Assembly (NCBI GenBank): GCA_963674745.2
Contig: CAXXDV010000001.1
Span: forward strand, 1,792,001-1,856,000
Direction of reading: 5' to 3'
Length of the DNA: 64,000 bases
From: Desulfosudaceae bacterium
GTDB lineage: Bacteria > Desulfobacterota > Desulfobacteria > Desulfobacterales > Desulfosudaceae
Shown: piece after piece, positions 10,600 through 19,833 of the stretch
Position numbering within the stretch: position 1 is the first letter of the stretch
Layout: every line of letters starts with the position of its first letter
Translations under genes and position numbers: made by a program
The notes under the pieces: generated by a model
Databases searched by the model: none
Told to the model about the DNA's origin: nothing
What the model saw: only the letters and a program-made list of their open reading frames with translations

Positions 10600-10653
10600 A
10601 TGTCTTTAAAACGGCATTCTCCTTAAATGTTGCGTCCTGCGCCTTTCCGGCCG

Positions 10654-11058
10654 TCAGGGCCGGGACAGAAATTTAAGTGTCAGGCCGAGCACCATCACCA
10701 TCAGGCCGATATAGAACCACTTGATGTCTTCCAGGCCGGCAAACATCAGCCCGAGGCCGATAAGGCCGACAATCCAGGCATTGACCGCCAGAACACCCGA
10801 TATGCCCTCCGTGCCGGATGCCGGGGCTGCCGGTTGTTGAGAAGATGACGGGGGCCCGATGATCCTGGCGGCCCGTTCCAGTTCCGAGGCCAGTACTTTC
10901 AATATTACGCCCTGGGTCAGTCTTAACTGGGGATACATGCCGCCGCAATCATCCTTGACGATAAGCGCCTCGATGCCTTCTGACAGCAGCCGTCCCCTGA
11001 CGATTTCGGCTTCGATCTCGGTCGTAAAGGATTGAAACGTTACAAATCGGTCTTCCAT
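10654..11058 (-). CDS. DUF2007-like signal-transducing protein with C-terminal TM helices
   Basis: EAEIVRGRLLSEGIEA...GVILKV...ERAARII pattern followed by two hydrophobic segments. Confidence 0.7.
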   Translation of the reverse strand: MEDRFVTFQSFTTEIEAEIVRGRLLSEGIEALIVKDDCGGMYPQLRLTQGVILKVLASELERAARIIGPPSSSQQPAAPASGTEGISGVLAVNAWIVGLIGLGLMFAGLEDIKWFYIGLMVMVLGLTLKFLSRP

Positions 11059-11189
11059 GAATCACCTTTGTGAAAAGTAGACTTTAACAAGGCATAATAA
11101 AAAATTTTAGCACAGATGCTCAGGGGTGTCGACAGGTTCGGTGCAAAACCGTCTTTCCAAAAAAGGTTCAGGCTTTCTGACCGGATATG

Positions 11190-11227
11190 GAAAAAGTAAA
11201 GCCCGCTTTAGTAAAAGCGGGCTTTAC
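11190..11227 (-). terminator. Intrinsic terminator ending the unannotated RNA
   Basis: Minus strand GTAAAGCCCGCTTT-TACT-AAAGCGGGCTTTAC followed by TTTTT. Confidence 0.8.
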
Positions 11228-11547
11228 GCGTCGGGTCTTCCATGACCCTTATACATTCCCATCGTGGAAACGCCGCACATGAGAATAGCGGTTAAATAAA
11301 GATGGCCGTGTAACCCCTTTGCGGGTGATGTCCGGCGGAACCGCTTAAGAAGGACAGCCCTTTCGGGGTAATATTGAACCGTTACCAATTCAGGGCGGAT
11401 CAGGGAAAATCCGCCCCGGTTTACATAAGGGGTGGAAGGAGCGATTGCCTGCCGCCATCACCTTGATCGGGATTACACGCCATCGATAATAAAAACAGCG
11501 ATAGAAATTTTTCTTGACTGACGTATTTTTATTTTACCGCCATTTTT
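11190..11547 (-). ncRNA. Unidentified structured non-coding RNA (~360 nt)
   Basis: Sits in a ~650-bp gap with no credible CDS; nested long-range stems with minus-strand G-U pairs; TTGACA upstream; terminator downstream. Confidence 0.6.
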
Positions 11548-11551
11548 AATG

Positions 11552-11580
11552 AGATAATCACTGATAAAACATAATGTCAA
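11552..11580 (-). promoter_or_regulatory. Candidate sigma70 promoter for the ncRNA
   Basis: Perfect TTGACA (11580-11575); only an imperfect -10 (TTATCT/TATCTC) at 17-18 bp. Confidence 0.4.
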
Positions 11581-11716
11581 GCGAAATGATGTCTAAAAAA
11601 GATTAATATTTATACCTGTTTCGAAAGGGCGCAAGGGGGGTATTCGGCGGTGAATGCTGACAGATCCGTGCTTTTGTGTACTTTTGTGTCGGATGAGGGC
11701 GTCTGTGCAGACTGTC

Positions 11717-12475
11717 TTACTTCTTTTTCAGGCCGGCCAGTAGATCCTTGACCCGCTGGCGGTTATCCGGTGCGCCGATATATGAGCGGAACAGCCATTC
11801 CTGGGTCTTCATGGCGCCATCTAAGTCTTTGTCCACCAGCAGATGGGTCAGTTGCTTGGTCTCGGCCAGGCATTGAGGATCATATCCGGCCATGGTTCTG
11901 GCAATCGGCAGGACAGATTGCAGCAGTTCGCCTTTGGGAAACACCCGGCTGACATATCCCATCCGTTCGGCTTCTGCGGCATCGTAAATGCGGCCGGTGA
12001 AAGCAACTTCTTTGGCGCGTCCCAGGCCGATGATCCGCCACAGGGGATCCATGATGGGGGGCAGGGACAGTGGCATTTCACGTTGCCCGAATTTGGCGTT
12101 TTCGGATGCGTACCGGATATCACACATCATGGTCAGATCGAATCCGCCGGCAATGGCCGGGCCGCCGACAGCCGCAATCACGGGCCTTCGGCAAAACAGA
12201 ATGGATCGATAAGCGCCATGAAAAAGAGCAATAAAGTCTTCGTTGGCGTTTTTTTCCATCTGTCCAACGACATCAAGATCAAACCCGGCGGAAAACATTT
12301 TTTCTCCACCGGTCAGTATCACCACATTCACGTCGGGTGTGTTGTTCAATTTTGTAAACAGCGCTTCTATTTCTGCCAGCACGTCAGGGGACAGAGCGTT
12401 TCCCTTTTCCGGGCGACTGATGGTGACCACCGCCACTTTTTCGTTCGTCTGTATTTTCAGGTACGTAAATTCCAT
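11717..12475 (-). CDS. Enoyl-CoA hydratase/isomerase family protein
   Basis: FSAGFDL, AIAGGFDL, CDIRYASENAKFG; SD AGGTGA precedes ATG 12475 (the ORF-track start is over-extended). Confidence 0.9.
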   Translation of the reverse strand: MEFTYLKIQTNEKVAVVTISRPEKGNALSPDVLAEIEALFTKLNNTPDVNVVILTGGEKMFSAGFDLDVVGQMEKNANEDFIALFHGAYRSILFCRRPVIAAVGGPAIAGGFDLTMMCDIRYASENAKFGQREMPLSLPPIMDPLWRIIGLGRAKEVAFTGRIYDAAEAERMGYVSRVFPKGELLQSVLPIARTMAGYDPQCLAETKQLTHLLVDKDLDGAMKTQEWLFRSYIGAPDNRQRVKDLLAGLKKK

Positions 12476-12525
12476 CGTCCTCACCTGTTTTTTAAAGTCG
12501 TTTACAAAAGAGCTGCTGCCGCCTG

Positions 12526-12960
12526 TCAGGAATGCAACTTTGTGCTTCGCACCAGGGTCGGCGCTAACAGCAGCATTGCCACCGAGGTGGGCGGACCATT
12601 GATGAAAAAAACCGTCAGGGAAAATGCGTATGCCACCGAAGAGGTCCTGTTTATCGACAGAGACGCTTTTGCCATCGGGTTGATGATGTAAAAAAGCAGA
12701 TCCGCGATTGTCAGCAGGATCAGTCCCCAGGCTGCCCATTTTTTCATATCCCAGGCGCCGATGCCGCAGATCACAAGGGGCAACATGAATAGCAGGTACT
12801 TGTACCCCATCAGTGCCAGTTGATGCTCGGGCAGGCTGGTCGGTTCCGATCCCAGCCAGACAAAGGCCTTTAATACAGCCAGCCAGCCAATGGCCCAGAC
12901 CGGCCATGGATAATCCGTGTGCAGGCGCTGAGACATTATCCGTTGTGATTTATTTTTCAT
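12526..12960 (-). CDS. Hypothetical multi-pass membrane protein
   Basis: SD CAGGAG before ATG 12960; about four hydrophobic segments. Confidence 0.65.
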   Translation of the reverse strand: MKNKSQRIMSQRLHTDYPWPVWAIGWLAVLKAFVWLGSEPTSLPEHQLALMGYKYLLFMLPLVICGIGAWDMKKWAAWGLILLTIADLLFYIINPMAKASLSINRTSSVAYAFSLTVFFINGPPTSVAMLLLAPTLVRSTKLHS

Positions 12961-13074
12961 AGAATCGTTTGCTCCTGTAGCCGTATGAACGATTTTAACA
13001 AAATTCAGAGGTAAGCCGTTTATATCAAAAACCAAAAGCATTGGCAATGCGACCGAAATTTTTTCAGCTGACCC

Positions 13075-13101
13075 GTAGGGGCACGGCGTGCCGTGCCCTA
13101 C
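13075..13101 (+). repeat. GTAG-type REP element
   Basis: GTAGGGGCACGGCGTGCCGTGCCCTAC; the same core recurs at 42564 and 43122. Confidence 0.85.
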
Positions 13102-13108
13102 ATATTCG

Positions 13109-14038
13109 TTATCCGGACCATGGTTGTCCCAGTGCCGCCGGCATACCCTCGATGTTGTGGTCACGCCCGGCGGACAAATTTAAAATCAGCAAGGTCAGAA
13201 TCATCAGCGGAAAGGGCGCCGCCTGAAAAACCTGACCGGGTATCGACGGTAAAAGCTGTTGCAGATATATGCCGCCAACCTGGAGAAATGCGAAAAAGTA
13301 AGCCCCCAGCGTCGCGCGAACAATGCCCCAGCGGCCGAATATGACCAGTGCCAGGACAATCCAGCCCACGCCTTCGGCACCCTGCGGATGTCCCCAGCCG
13401 GCTTTAATGCTTAATGAATAAGCCCCCCCGGCCAGGCCTGTCAAAAGACCGCCGCATATAGCGCATATCAGTCGGGTTGCAGCCGGATTAACGCCCCTTG
13501 CAAATGCGGCTTCCGGACGTTCACCCGATGCCCGAATATTCAATCCGAGCGGGGTTTTATTGATGAGCCACCAGGCAACCGGGATCAGCAAAAAAATTAA
13601 ATAGACAAGCATGTTATGGTCGAACAGAATATGGCCGATCAGGGGAATCTCGGACAACCAGGGAATCGGTTGATGGGGTACCCGGGGGCCGCCCAGCCCG
13701 GAAAAGGATGAACCGAGAAAATAGGCGATATCTCTCGTCATCAAAGCCAGTACAAACCCGGCCGCTATTTGAGATACCCGCAGGTAAAGCGAAAAGACCG
13801 CCACTATACCGGAAATTATGGCACCAATGATCGCGCCGATGATAAAGCCGGCCAACAGGGATTCGGTATTTACGGCGACGGCAAAAGCACCCATGGCGCT
13901 GAGCAGGATGGCCCCGTCCAGGGACAGGTTAATTACCCCTGATTTTTCTGACAGTGTTTCACCGATAACGGCCAGAACAACGGGTGTGGCGGTAAAAACA
14001 ACGGTGGAAAGCAGTATGGAAATGGTCAGGTCGTCCAT
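13109..14038 (-). CDS. Nucleoside/simple-sugar ABC transporter permease
   Basis: SEKSGVINLSLDG, GLNIRASGERP, GWIVLALVIFGRW. Confidence 0.9.
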   Translation of the reverse strand: MDDLTISILLSTVVFTATPVVLAVIGETLSEKSGVINLSLDGAILLSAMGAFAVAVNTESLLAGFIIGAIIGAIISGIVAVFSLYLRVSQIAAGFVLALMTRDIAYFLGSSFSGLGGPRVPHQPIPWLSEIPLIGHILFDHNMLVYLIFLLIPVAWWLINKTPLGLNIRASGERPEAAFARGVNPAATRLICAICGGLLTGLAGGAYSLSIKAGWGHPQGAEGVGWIVLALVIFGRWGIVRATLGAYFFAFLQVGGIYLQQLLPSIPGQVFQAAPFPLMILTLLILNLSAGRDHNIEGMPAALGQPWSG

Positions 14039-15078
14039 CAGGCGCTCCCGTCCGGGCGGCTTTGTCCCCGGCTGTAAATCGCCAGAGCAGAAAGCACCAG
14101 TGCGCCCTGAAGCACACCGCTCAAAGATGAGTCCAGATGCAGCATAAGTGGAAGCTGAATGCTGCCGACATTCAGTGCCGCAAAGAAAAAAGCGATCAGC
14201 GCCGCCGCACCGATATGTCTGTTGGCCAGCATCACTACCAGCAGCGCAAGATATCCGTAATTTCCGGAAATAGACGGGATAAGGCAGTGATAGACACCGG
14301 TCACCTGGACGGCACCTGCCAGTCCGGCACAGCCGCCCGAAACAGCCATGGCCAGAAGTATCTGGCGGGCCGGTCTCAAGCCCATCAGGAAGGCGGCCCG
14401 GGGGTTACTGCTGACAGTTTTCAGGTACAGCCCCATGTTGGTCCGGGCTAAAAGTAAGGCGGTTACGGTAAAAAGGGCGACCGTAAGACCAATGCCCACC
14501 GGTGATATCCGGCCGTTTATTAGGGTCGGCAGCCAGAGATCGGCGGGAAACAAGGCCGTCCCGCTCATGGAAGCAATACCGGGGCGTTTCCAGGGACCGA
14601 AGATCAACCACAGAACAGTTCCCTGGGCGACGAAATTAAGCCCCAGGCCGCCGAAGATTTCATTGACACCGCCTTTTGTTTTCAAAATCCCGGCCAGCAG
14701 CGCCCACAACCCCCCACCGAAAGCCGCGGCCAAAAAAGCCAGCGTGAGGAGTGTGGCCGGCATTTCCATAACCGACCCCCAACGAATGATCGCCGTGCAG
14801 CAAAGGGCCCCCCAGATCATCTGCCCTTCTACACCGATATTGAGCAGGCCGCACCGAAACGAATAAATCAATCCGCAGGCGCAAATTGCCAGCGGTATCC
14901 AGGCCTGGACAACATAAGCGATCTTGCTGGCCGATCCCAGGGCGCCTTTGAGCATGTATCCGAATGCCACCAGGGGTGATACCCCGGCAATCAAGAGCAG
15001 TATCGCTCCGACCAGAAAAGCCGTACCGCCGATCAGCCCCATTCGGCCGATTGTTTTACGCGTTGATTTTAAGTTCAT
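14038..15078 (-). CDS. Nucleoside/simple-sugar ABC transporter permease
   Basis: LLNIGVEGQ, GGVNEI; start uncertain (15078 vs 15117; see finding). Confidence 0.88.
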   Translation of the reverse strand: MNLKSTRKTIGRMGLIGGTAFLVGAILLLIAGVSPLVAFGYMLKGALGSASKIAYVVQAWIPLAICACGLIYSFRCGLLNIGVEGQMIWGALCCTAIIRWGSVMEMPATLLTLAFLAAAFGGGLWALLAGILKTKGGVNEIFGGLGLNFVAQGTVLWLIFGPWKRPGIASMSGTALFPADLWLPTLINGRISPVGIGLTVALFTVTALLLARTNMGLYLKTVSSNPRAAFLMGLRPARQILLAMAVSGGCAGLAGAVQVTGVYHCLIPSISGNYGYLALLVVMLANRHIGAAALIAFFFAALNVGSIQLPLMLHLDSSLSGVLQGALVLSALAIYSRGQSRPDGSA

Positions 15079-15097
15079 GGTATGATGAAAAAAATGT

Positions 15098-16579
15098 TCA
15101 TAATCCCCCGCCGGCATGCTGCTTGCCCGTGATGGCTTTTTCCAGGGCCGCTATGGTGGCTTTGCTGACGGATAAATCCGTAACCAGACGGCCGTTATAG
15201 AACACGGCCACCCGGTCGGACATGGACAGCAGTTCATCCAGGTCGGAAGACGAAAACACCACCGCGCCGCCTTTATCACAGAAGGCCTGCAAGCGTGACC
15301 AGAGAAGTGCGGCGGATTCCGGGTCAAGCCCCCTGGTCGGTTTGTCCAGAAAGAGAAGATCGGCTGTTTCCGGTATCAGCGCCAGAAGAAGGCGTTGTTG
15401 ATTGCCTCCTGAAAGGGACCGAACCGGCGTGTCCGGCCGGCATTTTATTTGAAAGCGCGAAATAGCCGCATCTGCCCGTGCCCGTGCCTTATGCGATCGC
15501 ATTTCCCATACGGCCGCGTTTTCTGCTACCAGGAAATGGTCGGCCACCGTCAGGTCCGGCGCCAGGCCTTCGTTGAGGCGGTCAGCGGGAATGTAGCCGA
15601 TGCCTTTTTGTTTTAAAGCGTGATATCCGGCACCGGTGATATCTTCTCCACGCAGTGTCAGTTTTCCTGACACAAGCGGGGTCAGGCCGACGGCGGTTCT
15701 AAGGAAAAGTTCCTGCCCGCTGCCTTCCATCCCGGCCAGACCGACGGTTTCGCCCCGGCGGACAGAAAAATTGCAGCCATGAAGGCCGGCCCTTCCCCCC
15801 GCGGCCGTGATGCCGGTCGATGTGAAAACAACCTCACCGGTTTCTGTCGATAGACGCTCATGATGGGTAAAACGCGGGCCGAACATTAACGTCAGGATCT
15901 GATCGACATCAAAAGGCGGGGTCAGCGAACCGCTGATATGTCCTTTGCGCAATATCGTCATATGGTCGCACAACTGTTGAATGTCGGAAATTTTGTGGGA
16001 TACCAGGACAACGCTGTTGCCCTCTCGGGCGGCAAACCGGCGAAGAGACTTAAAAAGGACGGATTTCTGCTTTTCGGAAAGACCGGTGGTGGGTTCGTCC
16101 AATATCAGCAGGCGTGTCCCGGCCGACAACAGGCGGATAATATCCAGCTGCTGTCTTGCCCCGGGGGGCATGGCGGCGGCAGGCTCCTCCGGGTGTATGA
16201 AGAACCCCATGTCATCGGCCAGTTGCCGGAACTTTTGCGTAAAAGCCGCCCTGCTAGACCGCAATCCGCGGGCCTGTCCCAGCATGAAGTTCTCAAGCGC
16301 GGAAAAAATCGGGACATCCATGGTGTCCTGCTGCAGCATGCCGATCCCCCGGGCAGACGCCTCACGGGGGGATGAAAAGGCGATGGCTTCATCATTGATA
16401 AAAATGTCGCCCCCGTCTTTTTTAAGATACCCGGACAGGATGCGCATCAGGGTTGTCTTGCCGGCCCCGTTCTCACCCACCAGACCGTGGATGCTGTTGG
16501 GCTCAATGGCCAGAGAAATGCCGCTGTTGGCCTGGATATGCCCGAAATATTTACTGATGTCTCGAAGTTCAACTCTCAT
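15098..16579 (-). CDS. ABC transporter ATP-binding protein (tandem CUT2-type)
   Basis: GENGAGKT, ILDEPT, LSGGNQQ. Confidence 0.92.
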   Translation of the reverse strand: MRVELRDISKYFGHIQANSGISLAIEPNSIHGLVGENGAGKTTLMRILSGYLKKDGGDIFINDEAIAFSSPREASARGIGMLQQDTMDVPIFSALENFMLGQARGLRSSRAAFTQKFRQLADDMGFFIHPEEPAAAMPPGARQQLDIIRLLSAGTRLLILDEPTTGLSEKQKSVLFKSLRRFAAREGNSVVLVSHKISDIQQLCDHMTILRKGHISGSLTPPFDVDQILTLMFGPRFTHHERLSTETGEVVFTSTGITAAGGRAGLHGCNFSVRRGETVGLAGMEGSGQELFLRTAVGLTPLVSGKLTLRGEDITGAGYHALKQKGIGYIPADRLNEGLAPDLTVADHFLVAENAAVWEMRSHKARARADAAISRFQIKCRPDTPVRSLSGGNQQRLLLALIPETADLLFLDKPTRGLDPESAALLWSRLQAFCDKGGAVVFSSSDLDELLSMSDRVAVFYNGRLVTDLSVSKATIAALEKAITGKQHAGGGL

Positions 16580-16639
16580 CAAATTTTCGGCGGTTGTTGT
16601 CGGACTGGCAATCCGTCCAGGCCGGAAGATTATGGATGA

Positions 16640-17830
16640 TTATTCTCCTCCGGCACCCGACATGCCTTTGAGCAGTTTTTTGACGTACCACATCTGGCGG
16701 TCAGTAGCGACTTGCCCGTCCTTGAGGAAGACGGATCCATCCTGGTAAGACAGCGGCCCTTTGAACAGCACGATCTGATGATTCGCCAGCCCGGTGATAA
16801 ACTTATCAAGGGCGGTTTTGACGTCAGGCGACATGGCCGGTCCGGGCCTGAAACCAATGGCGCCGCTGTCCGGATTGTTCATATCTTTCCAGTCCGGCAG
16901 AGACCAGATAAAACGGCTCTCCCACTGTCCGGCCATGGACTGTTTGACGAGTTTCAGGTAGTCCGGTCCCCAGTTGAAATAAGGCACGCCCAGACAGACA
17001 TCAGGACCGGTCTGGCAGGCGTTGACATATTCATACGGCATGGCCCATACGGTTTTACCCTGGTCCTTTTTCTGTCTGGCCACGGTTACCGCCTCTGTGG
17101 TATCCAGCCCTGAAACAATAACATCAGATCCGGTATCATAAAAATTTCCGGCCACCGCCGTCGGGTCGGCCGTGACGCCGGGGATATGAAACCAGAAACC
17201 GATCCAGGAGACACGAAAATGAAGTTGATCAAGCGGCTTTTTTAATACCGTGCGCCAGGCGTATCTTGCTCCCAGGTAACAGGCCACCGCCAGGCGTCTG
17301 GTCTCCTCGTTTTCCAGCGGCCCCAGGTAACCGATTTTGCCCGTTTGTGTCGTCAAGGCGGCTGAAAATCCGGCCATCATCTTGCCATATATCATTTTCC
17401 CCATCAGATTGGTCAGGTTGGGCGGGGCTTTCCCGGTCCAGACGTCATCACCGGAAACATGGATGAAATGAACCTTCGGATGGGCCAGGGCCGCCTGCCT
17501 GACACCGTCTTTCATGTCATCGGAAGTCGCCATAACCAGCCCGGCGCCCTTTTCCACCAGGTCATCCACCAGCTGGGGCACGGTCATCCCGGGTCGATCA
17601 GCCGGATTGACCTTGTCGATATAAATCATTCTGGTGCCGGGCATTTTTTCTTCCACGTATTTACCGGCTTCGTAATGGGACTGACTCCAACCATGATCAT
17701 TGTAGGGGCCGACCAAAAGCATGCCGAAAACAAACGGATTGTCCGCGGCAGAAGCCATGGCCGGAAAGAAAAAAGCGGCCAGGAACAATAAGGCGGAAAG
17801 AAGGGTTGCCCATGCGCGAGGTTTCACCAT
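16640..17830 (-). CDS. BMP family ABC substrate-binding protein
   Basis: Signal peptide; GPYNDHGWSQSH; GKIGYLG; SD AAGGAGGT before ATG 17830. Confidence 0.9.
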   Translation of the reverse strand: MVKPRAWATLLSALLFLAAFFFPAMASAADNPFVFGMLLVGPYNDHGWSQSHYEAGKYVEEKMPGTRMIYIDKVNPADRPGMTVPQLVDDLVEKGAGLVMATSDDMKDGVRQAALAHPKVHFIHVSGDDVWTGKAPPNLTNLMGKMIYGKMMAGFSAALTTQTGKIGYLGPLENEETRRLAVACYLGARYAWRTVLKKPLDQLHFRVSWIGFWFHIPGVTADPTAVAGNFYDTGSDVIVSGLDTTEAVTVARQKKDQGKTVWAMPYEYVNACQTGPDVCLGVPYFNWGPDYLKLVKQSMAGQWESRFIWSLPDWKDMNNPDSGAIGFRPGPAMSPDVKTALDKFITGLANHQIVLFKGPLSYQDGSVFLKDGQVATDRQMWYVKKLLKGMSGAGGE

Positions 17831-17840
17831 CGACCTCCTT

Positions 17841-18548
17841 TTATGCGTTTGAATCCAATTGCAGTTTTCTGGGTTCATGCCCCGAAGCGGCGATATAGTA
17901 TTCTTGTTTGTCTTTATAGATTATCATGCCGTCAAGATAGTCCACGTTTTCGCGTTTTTCCGAGGGCACTTTCAAAAAATACCATTGTAATACGTACACG
18001 TTCCAGTCGTGGGTGACGCAGATATCCAGGTGGTTCGAACAATCGTTTTCCGCAAAACGTTTTTCCCAGAACGCCTTCATGGTGGTAGCGACTTTTTCAG
18101 GCGGGTCGATGACGTCTGCGGGTACAGAACCATTGAACCAGGCGGGCAGAAAATCCGATCCCTTGAGATGCTCCTCAAACAAGCGCAGGGCATCTTTGAC
18201 ATAAAAAGGAGACAGGGTCAACTCGATGGCGTTGTGGCTGGTTGTGCCACTTGAAGCCACATAGCCTTTGTCCATCAGGTAGGCGGTCTCGATGCACCGG
18301 CCGATAAAGCTTGAAAAAAAATTGAGGTGCCGGCCCGGCGGCAGGCTTTTTCCCCATTCAAAAGACAACTCTTTGCCTTCTTCGGTCAACCCCATGAAGG
18401 GTTCGTTGATGGGGTTGTCCGTGTCATAATGCCGGGCGGAGTGGCGCAACACAATCACCCCCCGCCTTGTATCGCCATGTAAAAAGGTTTCTACCAGTTG
18501 CCGTGTTTTGGTGCCATAATCTGTCGATGGGGGTTGTGCTTTTTTCAT
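17841..18548 (-). CDS. Histidine phosphatase family protein
   Basis: LRHS (RHG-like), SS..RCIETA, VTHD. Confidence 0.8.
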   Translation of the reverse strand: MKKAQPPSTDYGTKTRQLVETFLHGDTRRGVIVLRHSARHYDTDNPINEPFMGLTEEGKELSFEWGKSLPPGRHLNFFSSFIGRCIETAYLMDKGYVASSGTTSHNAIELTLSPFYVKDALRLFEEHLKGSDFLPAWFNGSVPADVIDPPEKVATTMKAFWEKRFAENDCSNHLDICVTHDWNVYVLQWYFLKVPSEKRENVDYLDGMIIYKDKQEYYIAASGHEPRKLQLDSNA

Positions 18549-18672
18549 GTTTTCAGAGTTGCCCTTAAATCGGCATGATAAATCGCAATGGCCTTGACTA
18601 AAAAGTTAATTTTCCGCAATATGAACATAACAGTATGCTATTTTAATCCAGAAAAGTTAAATACACCAGACA

Positions 18673-19833
18673 ATGACGTCAAACATCAATCAGATACCAC
18701 TGTTTGTAGAAAAAATCAAATCCCTAAAAGATACAATCATTACCAATATTATCCTGACCGGGCAGATACCGGCACCCACCTTCGAGGAAGAGCAGCGGGC
18801 GGAAATGCTGCTGGAAAGACTTTCCAACGCCGGTCTTGAACGTTGCACGCATGATACGATCGGTAATCCGGTGGCAGTGATTCCGGGGATCGCAGACGAT
18901 AAACCCCCTATTTTTGTTGTGGCCCATCTGGATACGGTTGTCGATCGGGATGTCGAGCATAATTATACCGTCACCAAGGGGTCTATCCTGGGGCCGGGTA
19001 TTACGGACAATTCAACCGGGGTTGGGGTGCTGGCCTCTCTTCCGGATATATTCACGACCCTGGGCCTTTCCTTTGAGTCGGATATTGTGCTGGCCGGGGT
19101 TGTCCGATCCATCGGTGATGGGAATCTGGAAGGAATAAAGACACTTGTTAAGAACTGGGGGACGCCGATCCGAGGCGCGATTTCAATGGAAGGGTGCGAA
19201 CTGGGTCGTCTGAGTTATTTTTCAGAAGGATTGAAGCGCTGTGAAATCGAATGTTCCATTTCCCCGGGATTGGGCGTTAAGCCCCGATTTATGCCCAATG
19301 CCATCCTGGTGCTCAATGAAGTGATCAACCAGATTCTGGAATTGCGCCTGCCCCAGAGACCCCGGGCAAGAATTATTGTGGGCAGAATCAGCGGCGGATT
19401 CAAGCACGGCACGATTCCTTTTGACGCCAGTCTCGGCCTGGAAATTCAGAGTGATTCCGTAGAGATGGTCAGGTCGATCTATGCCGATATCAAGGACATT
19501 GTCAATGGCGTGGCCCACGAGCAGCAGGCCGCCTTGAAACTGAAAAGCATCAGCGAACAGGCCCCTTCAAGACTTAAATTCAGCCATCCTCTGGTCAAGT
19601 CCGCCATAGCGGTAATGAAAAAACTGAAATTGGATCCGGTAACCGTGCCCAGTGAGTCGGAATTGTCCGTGTTTTTATCCCACAACATTCCCGCCATTAC
19701 CCTCGGCCTTACCTACGGAACCGAGGCTTTTCTGCCGGAACAGTCCAAGGTAAAAATCAATCCGCTTTTCAAGGGGATTGCGCAGGTTGTCGGTGTAATA
19801 AAGGCGATTGACAGTGGGGCCTGCGATGAATAA
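18673..19833 (+). CDS. M20/M28 family metallopeptidase-like protein
   Basis: VAHLDTV, GPGITDNSTG. Confidence 0.8.
   Translation: MTSNINQIPLFVEKIKSLKDTIITNIILTGQIPAPTFEEEQRAEMLLERLSNAGLERCTHDTIGNPVAVIPGIADDKPPIFVVAHLDTVVDRDVEHNYTVTKGSILGPGITDNSTGVGVLASLPDIFTTLGLSFESDIVLAGVVRSIGDGNLEGIKTLVKNWGTPIRGAISMEGCELGRLSYFSEGLKRCEIECSISPGLGVKPRFMPNAILVLNEVINQILELRLPQRPRARIIVGRISGGFKHGTIPFDASLGLEIQSDSVEMVRSIYADIKDIVNGVAHEQQAALKLKSISEQAPSRLKFSHPLVKSAIAVMKKLKLDPVTVPSESELSVFLSHNIPAITLGLTYGTEAFLPEQSKVKINPLFKGIAQVVGVIKAIDSGACDE

Noticed and set aside
11421..11483. 20-codon minus-strand ORF (MACNPDQG...) within the RNA
   Set aside because: No SD, and the start codon is buried in the closing stem
11301..11484. 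Assigning the structured RNA as tmRNA, RNase P, SRP, 6S or a known riboswitch
   Set aside because: No tRNA-like ends, GAGGAAAGUCC, SRP loop or riboswitch cores seen; 6S similarity is limited to size and shape, so it is left unassigned
11843..12691. 282-aa plus-strand ORF and the many similar 60-280 aa overlapping ORFs (e.g. 15981, 48449, 55179)
   Set aside because: Antisense or out-of-frame shadows of well-supported genes in moderately GC-rich DNA
12476..12907. N-terminal extensions in the ORF track (enoyl-CoA hydratase; also csp, BMP, corrinoid, SDMT, panC)
   Set aside because: They overlap neighbours or lack SD; family N-termini and SD positions indicate downstream starts
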